From: the human T2T-CHM13v2.0 reference genome, Homo sapiens
Assembly (NCBI RefSeq): GCF_009914755.1
Contig: NC_060938.1
DNA: 64,000 bases
Reading direction: 5' to 3' (one strand)
Shown here: one piece after another, positions 51,550 through 64,000 of the stretch
Numbering within the stretch: position 1 is the first letter of the stretch
Layout: every line of letters starts with the position of its first letter
Position numbers and translations under genes: made by a program
The notes under the pieces: model-generated
Databases searched by the model: none
Told to the model about the DNA's origin: nothing
Seen by the model: the letters and a program-made list of their open reading frames with translations, nothing else

Positions 51550-52620
51550 ATACTGTGTCTTGATTTTTATAAAACATTTGACAAAGTTTCTTGTGGTACT
51601 TTTTTCTTAATTAATAAAAAGCTATTGTTTTATTATATTCCACATTCATATTGAGTGGATTAAAATTCTGGGTGCAACATAAAGTCAAAATAACTGAATA
51701 ATGTAACATGTTAAAAACATATTTCTGTCCAAAACTTGGGCCATGAGTCACTTTGAAAACAGTTACTGTGGTTTTTTTTATTTATTAGGTAATTTTTTTA
51801 TTATACTTTAAGTTTTAGGGTACATGTGCACGATGTGCAGGTTAGTTACATATGTATACATGTGCCATGCTGGTGATGAGAGCTAACTTTTCTTACTGCT
51901 TAGCTGGCATTGCAACTGGTTGAATAATACTTTGAAAGAGTATTGATTACCAATTCTGAAAAAAGTTCACTTAACAGTGTACCACCAGTCTCTGTAAAAG
52001 GCCCTGTCAGATGCAGTATTTTCTATTAATAATATGGAAGAAATATTGTACAGACAAATTATGTATAATTGATTAACACACCAGAGATTCAAAATGATCC
52101 TGACAAGCTAGAATATTATATATAAATTACAAAAATAATAATTTAAACAATATTAACTGTAAATTTGTACATTTAGCCTTGGCATAGAAAATTCTGGGCT
52201 GCAAAGCAGTTCTGGTTCAATAGATGTGAGTATATAGTTAGTTACAAGTGCAAAATTAGTTGAGGAAAAGTATGGTTGCTTTTGAGCTATCTTGGCTTTA
52301 GTTGGTATTAATAGGAGTATTATACCTAGAACACAGGAAATAATAAGTTTAATATCATTTGGCAATGATGAGATAAAATGTTAGATTCTGGAGAAGACTG
52401 TAGAAAAAATTAGACTACATCCTGGAAGAAGTGACTAAATGGCGGTAGTGCTGTTTTATGATCGTTTCAAATAAAAAAAGAAAAGTAAATAAAAACATGG
52501 CAGGAGATCTGGAAAACGGAAGGTTGAAAGATGTTCTGGGGATGTGTAACCTGATGAGGAAAGTCTGGGGGGTTGGGGGACATAATCTTCCCAGCCTTTC
52601 CAGCTACCTCCAAGCAGAGA
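51550..52620 (+). mobile_element. CR1/L3 LINE relic (RT region)
   Basis: cttgatttttataaaacatttgacaaagtttct (LDF-K-FDKV-like); gattcaaaatgatcctgacaagctagaa; ctggggatgtgtaacctg. Confidence 0.65.
51793..51875 (-). mobile_element. Very short young L1 (L1PA2/3-like) 3' terminus
   Basis: ttatactttaagttttagggtacatgtgcacgatgtgcaggttagttacatatgtatacatgtgccatgctggtg. Confidence 0.9.
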
Positions 52621-52640
52621 CAGTAGACGTACTACCTCCC

Positions 52641-52995
52641 TGACATGGTTTTGCTGTGTCCCCGCCCAAATCTCACCTAGAATTGTCAAAATCCCCACGT
52701 GTCAAGGGTGGGGCCAGGTAAAGATAATTGAATCATGGGGTTGGTCTTCCCCATACTGTTCTCGTGGTAGTGAATAAGTCTCACGAGATCTGATGGTTTT
52801 ATACATGGGAGTTCCCCTGCACAAGCCCCCTTGCCAGCCGCCATGTAAGACGTGACTTTGCTCCTCTTAACCTTCAGTCATGATTGTGAGGCCTCCCCAG
52901 CCACGTGGAACTGTGAGTCTATTAAACCTCTTTCCTTTATAAATTACCCAGTGTCTGGTATGTCTTTATTAGCAGCATGAGAACAGATGAATACA
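52641..52995 (+). mobile_element. THE1B-like MaLR solo LTR
   Basis: tgacatggttttgctgtgtccc...gcagcatgagaacagatgaataca; 5-bp TSD ctccc. Confidence 0.95.
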
Positions 52996-53435
52996 CTCCC
53001 CTTCAGGGGATGGGGCAAGGACCTAGGGAAAAGGGGCAGGTAAAGTGGGCTCTAATTCCAGATGAAAAAGAACCAGAAACCACTGAGTAGACTGTCTCCA
53101 AAGGCAAATCCTCTATTCACTGGCTGCTTTCAAGAAGAAACTTCATCACTCCGCATCAGGGATTTTGAAGAGGGGAGGATTTGTTCATCTAGTAAAGCTA
53201 GATTAAATAAACAATGTGGCTCCTTCCAAACTTAACATAATTTATTTACAAATTATTAAGACAAGAAGCTAAATCATATAGCTACCAGTCCCACACAGTA
53301 TGCTTATTTTTACAAATGTGAGGTAAGGCAGAAGGTGCCCACAGATGCCTTGTCTCACTATTTGCGTTTTGTAGCAACTATTTTCCTTCAGTCACTATTG
53401 CAACCAGATTGAATGTCTGCATGCTTTTACTCCAT

Positions 53436-53680
53436 TAGTGTAGTGGTTAAAAGAGCATGAGCTCTGGAGACAGACCTCCTCTGCTTTAATTTTGGTTTTA
53501 CCAGTGTGGATTTAGGGCACATTAGCGTTCAAGCCTGTTTCTAATCTGTAAACGGGATAACAGACCCGTTCATAGAGTCGTTGTGAGGATCAACTGAGAC
53601 AGTCCATGTAAAGCACCTACTGTGGTTCTTGCAACATAGCAAACCCTCAGCAAATGTTACCTATGATTATATTATTAGTA
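53436..53680 (+). mobile_element. MIR
   Basis: tagtgtagtggttaaaagagcatgagctctggagacagac...gttgtgaggatcaactgag...aaatgttacctatgattat. Confidence 0.8.
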
Positions 53681-55014
53681 GTAATAGACTGTATGGTTCT
53701 TTGCAATGTGGATTTTACTCTTCAACTTTAACTCTCTCCTACTTTAGGGCGTAAATTACTGAGTTTGTCTTGTTAACTGTTCTGCTTCAGGAACAGTAGA
53801 ATTGATGATACAAAGTGGGGCTTCTTAAACAGATGGTAAAAAGTAGCATGGTACAGTGCTCAGGCCGGGGGCCTGGAGTCTAGTCTTCCATTACGGACTA
53901 GCTCTGTGACCAGAAAAATCATTTATCCTATGCATCAGGACTGAATTATCTTTATGCTCTTTCCTGGCTAAAATATTTTGTCCTAAAAGGAGCCATGGGT
54001 GGAAAATAAAAAATGAGGACAGACAGAAGGAATAAGAAAACCGAAAAGCCTGAACACTGACGATTTAGTCTTTGAATCAAAGTATCTCCTTTGCAAATTT
54101 TACTGTGCAACTAATTGTCCTTGTGAACTGTATATGCTAAGGCAATAATAACTATTTCATCCAATTATAAATTACTAAAATTGCCCTAAATTTTAATAAG
54201 TGTATGCCTTGTTCAACAGAGGGGAAGCTAAAGGTGAAACTTGCCAGAGATTGTGACAATACTCATATGCAGCCCTCATTATAGGTCTGCACACGAAGGA
54301 AATGATCATAGCTGAAAGAAATAGAAAGTTGACTGCTATATAACCCTAGTGTGTTTTGATTTGCTCTGAAATTCTGTAGATTGTACAAGATCTTGAATAG
54401 ATAGAATTAAAAGAATTATTTTAATGACAGATGGCTACCTGAAGCTCTACTCTAAGCCAGAGCCACACATTCCCTGTATATCAGAGAGATGGCCTCAGTA
54501 ATCAGGGGCACAAGGTTCACTCTCCTCCTCTCTCCTGCTCCCCTCTACCCCCGTCTCCCAATTTTGCAAGCACCTCCAGTGTGAATGTATTGTGCATACA
54601 AAAAGTAAGACGTGCTCCTGGTGTCAAGGAATTCACAGTGTCATAGAAGAAATAGCCACATAAACAGATCACTCCAGTGCATCGTCATAAGTGCAATGTA
54701 GAAATATATTCGGAGCAGTCTCTGGGTATTACAGGAGGGCTAACTGACCCAGATGAGGAGTGGGAAATGAGACAATTAAACAAGAGAGTACTGGGCAACA
54801 ATGCAAACCAAGTCTTTAAAGTTACATAGGAATTAGTAAAATAAACGGAATAGGCAGGGTGGCAAGAAACAGCATAGTGGCTGCAAGTGCACTATAAGTA
54901 GTTCCACATTGCTGAATCATAATATACAGGACAGGAGGTGGGAAATATAGAATAAAGAAGTTGGCATGAAATGAACAGAAAAGATCCATTTGTGTGATGG
55001 TAAAGTGCCTAGAC

Positions 55015-55190
55015 TGGTAGTCCTAAAAGTGTGGTCCATGGACCAACAGTATCAACATCACCTGGGAACTTGGACATGTACATTCTTATGCCTTATCCTG
55101 GACCTACTGATCAGAAACTCTGGTGGTAGGGTCCAGCAATTGATGTTTTCAAAGGTGATTTTCGTGCACACTATGGTTTGAAGAACACTG
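55015..55190. mobile_element. MER5A hAT MITE with 8-bp TSD, inside an L2 relic (~54580-55250)
   Basis: TSD gcctagac at 55007-55014 and 55191-55198; aaagtgtggtccatggaccaacagtatcaacatcacctgggaactt. Confidence 0.9.
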
Positions 55191-56403
55191 GCCTAGACTA
55201 TCTTGTAGTGGGAGGGGAAATTTTGAAGAGTGACATGGTCAGATTTGCATCTGAAGCCTCTGCTCAGGTCCCTATTTGTCCACCAAATCCCCATCCCCAT
55301 CTATAGCAAAGCCAACCCGGTGACCTTTAGCTCAGAGAAATATTCAAAACTTCACGGTCTCCTGAGCCAGGCAATATTGGACGGTAGGGGCCCAGCTTAT
55401 CAGCCATTTCTGGAAGGCCATTTCCATTACAGCATGCAATCTCTCATATTAATTCTAACCAAACAGTGCCTCTAAATGGTGATGAAGATTCTGACACAGA
55501 AACTGCTAGTTCTAGCTGATAGATCAAATTCCTTTAGGCCCAGTACTGAATTCAGCTACCCCAATGCTATCAATACCTCAGCCCACAACACCCCAGGCTT
55601 TTATTCCACTTCACACCTGTCACCATTACTTCAGAATTTTATGAATTCCAAGGCACGTTTTTCTTTCTTCCTGCTATAGTTCCTGTCATAGTCCCTTCCT
55701 GTTATAGTTCCTGCTATAACAGCCAAAAGAGGATCCATCTAGTCCCCGATCCTGTGTCCACACCTTGGTTTAGTCTTTTCATGAATCTTATAAAAACAAA
55801 TCAGGAACATGACATCAAATACACATTTCCCTGCCTTTTATGATTTTAGAGATTACTGCCATAATTAAAGGCCACTTCAGAAGATGGACTTACATTTGGG
55901 AAACAAAGTAAATTGTATTTTCCTACATATTTATAAAACTATAGAGCTGGGTAACATCAAGCTACTGGGATGGAATATGTCCTGAAAAAATCCTTATCAT
56001 AGGAATATCTTATTGACTACAAAATATATATTTGGACCATTTTGAGATATGACCTCATCATCAATGAAAAATTATTTTGTAAAAAATTTCATGCAGACAC
56101 CATACATACTTAAACTTTGAGATATTGGTCTATCTTAACCATAAATCTGTAAGTTTTATTTTTAGCACTGGAATTTGTTTAAGTACCATTCATACCACCC
56201 TCCAATATATGAAATAAACAGAAGTCAAGTCACTCTGGTTGAAGCTCAGGAAGGGGGAACAGAGTACCAGCTGTCAGCACCTTCCTTCTCCCCATTAGCA
56301 GTGCCTGATGCACTTCCATAGGCCCATTGTTTTAGAATCATTGATCTAATTTGCTCCCAGCGGGCATGAATAATCCCACTCCACTAATAAGGCTCATCTG
56401 AGT

Positions 56404-57340
<937 letters not shown>

Positions 57341-58041
57341 TAGTAGCTGAACCCAGCTTGGGCTGAGTTTCCTGGCTCATGTAGAAATAAGAAAGGCTCA
57401 AAAAATTGCTGACCAGAGATGAAAAAAGCATCTTGTAGTGCCAATGTGATCAAAAGATGCTACTTTGAAATGATTAATGTCCAAAACTACAGGTCGAGCA
57501 AGGGCCACAAGCAGAGTAAAGAAGGCCTAATTTTAGTGAATTTGGCTTATCTCAAAAATGAATCCTAGAGTAGAAATTCATCACCAAAGTTCTGCCAGAA
57601 ACGAAAAGCTTTTCATTAAAGATCTATTAATATTTGAGGTTGATAAATTGAGGTTGAAACTCTAGCAGATTGGAGTTTCATACATAACTGGGACCTATTT
57701 CCTAGCAGCTGGTTCTTGTTACCAGGGATGTAAATGATGAAAATAAAATTTTTGCCTTTTGAAAGCTGAGCTCATGCTTCTTTTTCAAAAGACTATTAGC
57801 TCTTTAACCTAAAAAAAAAAAAAGATTCAGAAAGGAGTGGCTGAATAACCAATACAGTATGGTTCACTCATGCATTATTTAATCACTCAGAAAGTTTTTG
57901 GAATGTAAGTTGTGTACTTTTACACTACACAGCCCAAGTCTCAGAACGGGCCCCTCTAAACCCACTCCCAAGCTGAACTACACACATTACTATGCTGGTA
58001 CCACTCTTATTTTGGCCTCATGTGTTGGATCAGGGCAGCCA

Positions 58042-59008
<967 letters not shown>

Positions 59009-59608
59009 GCGTGTGTACGTGTGTGTTTAATTTTCATTTTGACTCAGTGTTCTGTGGAAAACTTTAATTCACTTGAAAAGGCTGAACTAAAAATATCAAT
59101 AAAGTTTCACTTTCAGCACAAAACTAGAAATGATGTAAATACAATTTTTTTATCTTGAAGAATTATGATTTTAAGTTGGAGGAGGGATGAGGGAATTAAC
59201 AACTGTGTTTATGCTATTGGCGTATGTCTTGGCCAGTTTTGCTAGTAAACATCTTTGTCAGTTCTATGGGAGCAATTAAACATGAAATATGCAAGTTTTG
59301 AATATTGCCAAGTCTTCAGGAACACGTCACTCTCATAAAATGAAACCGTATTGTACTTTCTCTGCTTTAGTCATATGCCTGTACCATTCATGTCAATAAA
59401 GTTTCTTTAATTTGTTGACTGGCATCTGGGTTTTAAGAAGCAGAGAAGAGAATCATGATAAATTTATGTTTCAGGCTATTAAGCGATATTTAGAAAAACT
59501 GAAATAAATAGTTAATTGGATACAGTCATCTTGTTAGCTTTAATAGTTTTTCTGCCTTTTTTGCAGTCATGAAACTCTTTGACAACCTAAAGAAAGCTAT
59601 GGGTCTAG

Positions 59609-59903
<295 letters not shown>

Positions 59904-60623
59904 ATGGGTCTAACCCCCAGAAGAATGCATACATGTTCATGTACACTCCACTTTACCTATGTGTATTACAGACCCCAAGTAAAAAAATACCTCCTTAGAT
60001 ATAGGATATTTGTGGAGTGGAGCTCTGCATAAGCAAGCACAGGTCCTCTAACAGAGCCACCTCTACCTGCAGTTTCAGCAGTCAGCCTCTAGCTTACTAG
60101 GTGCATGTGTAGATAGAATGTAGTCCTGGGTTCCAATTACCCTTCCATCAACCTTCCTAAATGTTCTGGGACTTCTCTTTGTATTCAGGATCAAAGAATT
60201 TTAGACTATTAAACCAAAGGTGAAACAAGATTCCTGATGTTACAAATATTTACAACTATTTTTTTTGGTAACTATCAGAGAGCACTAATGACAACTAAAA
60301 CAATTCAGAAACACACGGAATAGAACAAACTACACAATGTGCTAAATTTCATATGATAAAATCTGACTTAGGTAATCAGGGATAGTTTTTTCTTCAAATA
60401 GTTTATTAAATCAATTTGTACCAGAAACACACGCACACACAGGCACACATATATACACATATACATATATGGGCATACATAGTGAAGCTCTGAAATTACA
60501 GGAACATACATAGTATTTATGTTAATATATTTTTGAATATTATTTATCAAGACTATGCCTTTCTTGAAAAGATATCAAGATCTGAAAATCCAAAAATATA
60601 AAACAAGAATCTGTGGATTTTCA

Positions 60624-60944
<321 letters not shown>

Positions 60945-63234
60945 TTAATTTTAAAAAAGTACAAAATTATTTATTCAACTAGAAGTTCTGTCCATTCAAC
61001 TACTTGTCACACATCTGTATAAAAGGGCATTTACTCAGAGGATTATTTTATTATTATCAGAAAACATAAAAGGTGAGTTGAAAGATATCAAAAAAATCTC
61101 TATTTTAAAAGGACACTTTGGAGCCATAAAAATCATTATTTTTCTCTAGCAGACCAAAAGCTAAAGATCATTTTCAGGGGGATGGACCAACAGCAATGGA
61201 TAGGGCCTGAATTCTCAGATTTCCCATAGCATCAGTGGAGAGAGAAAACTTCCACTTTATGAAGCTAGATTAGAGCAAGTGTTAACAAAATAAAGTCTTC
61301 TACACATTAAAAAAAATCTCATACCGGCTCATTAAGGGAGCAAGGGAATTACTAGAAATAACTCTGAAATTCTTTCCCACAAATACTGAACTTTCATTCT
61401 TTTTAAAATGCGTGTCTGTCAACAATTATAAGAAGGAACAGTAAGACAAGGAAAACAAAGAAGTTGCTGATTATAGGTTCTGTTATGAACAAATATATAT
61501 TTTTAAATTTTATATTTTCAATGGTAGACATGATTTCTTACATGTTTATAATAATTGCACTTGGGTTGATTCCTAGAAACTTGGGAAAGTATAATCACAT
61601 AGTTTATAGGTTTTACATTTACTTTTAGAAAGGCAAATCATCTCATGCATTCCTATAAGAAAAAATACCTTTGTGAATTCTTGGGTTTATACTCCTAAAA
61701 TATAAAAATGCTTTCTCAGGAAAAATGAATTATGTTCAAAATTTTAAAAATCAGAGATGCAGAACTCAATCAGAAATTCCCTTCATAGGCTAGGGGAAGT
61801 GACCAAGGATAAATCAAAACACTAAGACTAAAAATGTTTCAGGTACTGGTTGTGTCTTCAGTGTTTTCCCTGAAGCCCAAATCAGATTTAAGTAAGATGT
61901 AAGAGGTATGAGAGGTCTGCCTTGAATCCTAGAGCTTGGAAAGTCTTTTGGAAAAGACATGGAGAAAAGAAACACCTTTGTGAAAACCTAGACAACTATG
62001 GCCGAGTGACTGGGATACATTTGTAACAACGTAGAAAAGGTGAAAAACAACAAATTCTATATACAGGTGATTGATGATTTAAAATATCAAAATAAACTTT
62101 AAAAGTCCTTTATACCATTGAAAACATACACTTTACAAAAGCACTATACCATGTAATTCAGATTCTGAGACCTGTACACACTTAAAAGCAGAAAGTGTTT
62201 GCAGTACTACTTATAACAGCATCACCTAAAACACCAGTCTTCAACCAACAGGTGATAAATGGCAGCACAAATAAATTATCTAAAATATATTCTCCCTTAA
62301 ATTTGTTTTATAAAAATCCTGCCTAGGGCTGAAATTCATCAACTTCTGAAAAATAAGAATTTGGAAAATCTCACTTTCAAATGTCCAAGAAGAAATCTCA
62401 TAACCATGGCTCAGTGGCTTCCTTTGGTGACAAAAACAGGGTAAATCAATGTTATAGTTCATCAATATCACAAAATGGATTGTAGGTTGCATTTGCCAGG
62501 CCTTTCACAGTGTCCTGGGGTTTATTTTCCTCTTATGGGTTTTTCTTTATTTTATCATTTATGATCATTTATTATAATAATGGTTTGGTGGTTTCTCCCA
62601 CATATTTTCAGAGCATCTTAGGCAAGCTCCTTTACCTCTCTGAGCCTTAGTTTCATCATTAGTAATATAAAAATGGAAACATCTACCACTCAGATCTTCC
62701 TTCTTGGGACTTGAGTGTAATTTATCTTCTAAAACATGGAGTCTCTCTTCCCCACACACCTGGGAATTTACTACAGTTTCATGGCAATTATTTTTTCATG
62801 ATTCATCTTCAGGTTTACAGCTTATCATGGATTTTTTTTCACCATGTCTCCTTAAAAGATACAAATGGATCTACCATTTCCTCTGTCTTGTTTTCCTGCA
62901 TTTCCTGCTTTTCATGCCTAGAAACAGAAAGATTACACTCACATGATGAACATCCATACTAACAACATCCCATAAAATGTTACCAATCTGAAAATTTCTG
63001 ATCTTGACTGTCACTCCATCTTCACTTTAAAAAAAAATTGTTTTTAAAGGAAAATTGCCATAAGATTTTAATTCACCTCCATCAACATCCATCCCTCTAC
63101 CCCTACCCCTCGCCTCCCATCAACTGCTCCTACCTAACTTGTGGTCTATGGGAAACACCCTTGACTTGCAGTCTGCATGCCTGGTTCAAGCTCTGATTCT
63201 ACTCCTTAAGAGCTTCAGAAAAATCTCCTTAACT

Positions 63235-63539
63235 GGCTGGGCGTGGTGGCTCACACCTGTAATCCCAGCACTATGGGAGGCCGAGGCGGGTGGATCACGA
63301 GGTCAGGAGTTCGAGACCAGCCTGGCCAACATGGTGAAACCTCGTCTCTACTAAAAATACAAAAACTAGCCAGGCGTGGTGGTGGGCACCTGTAATCTCA
63401 GCTACTCAGGAGGCTGAGGCAGGAGAATTGCTAGAAACTGGGAGGGGGAGGTTGCAGTGAGCCAAGATTGCACTACTGCACTCCAGCCTGGGAGACAGAG
63501 TGAGACTCTGTCTCAAAAAAAAAAAGAAAGAAAGAAAGA
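63235..63539 (+). mobile_element. Alu (AluSg-like) with TSD
   Basis: gatcacgaggtcaggagttcgagaccagcc; TSD agaaaaatctccttaac / agaaaaatccctttaac. Confidence 0.96.
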
Positions 63540-63745
63540 CAGAAAAATCCCTTTAACCAGGGGTTCCCAAGCAGGTTCACTATCAGCATCATCTGGGCAG
63601 CTTTTTAACTGTTAAAGCAGAATCTTGGAGGGGGTAGCGGAGGGGAGGAGAGTGAAGCACACAAAAAAATACAAGGGTCTCTTTTATGAAAAGCTCTGCT
63701 AGATGATGCAAATGAAGACTCTAGTTTGTGACCTATGTGCTGTAA

Positions 63746-64000
<255 letters not shown>

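Noticed and set aside
52892-52904. PRDM9 hotspot 13-mer in THE1B
   Set aside because: The sequence is CCTCCCCAGCCAC and lacks the T at position 7 of CCNCCNTNNCCNC, so it is the non-hot consensus form.
55668-55720. Short imperfect tandem of ttcctgctatag
   Set aside because: Only about 4 degenerate units; ordinary slippage.

Overview
This is primate (most likely human or other hominoid) non-coding DNA, intergenic or deep intronic, and most of it is transposable-element relics: Alu J/S, L1PA/L1PB/L1M, L2, CR1/L3, MIR, MaLR/ERVL LTRs and hAT/Tigger MITEs. I found no host protein-coding gene, RNA gene or prokaryotic-type system. All long ORFs are LINE-1 ORF1/ORF2 pieces, and the short ORFs are mostly Alu or L1 antisense artefacts. 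The most unusual structure is an 8.5-kb composite L1 (26950-35456) framed by a single TSD. In it, an older L1PA7-like 5'UTR+ORF1 is interrupted 18 nt into ORF2 by a near full-length L1PA4-like element whose 3' end reverts to the older type. The two tandem ORF1 copies share private variants, suggesting gene conversion. Other notable items are a ~170-bp non-tandem local duplication with exon-like borders (13354-13523 and 16081-16254) and a candidate exon plus regulatory cluster at 38.9-40.6 kb. Subfamily names come from recalled consensus diagnostics and need RepeatMasker/Dfam confirmation. Boundaries of ancient repeats are approximate.
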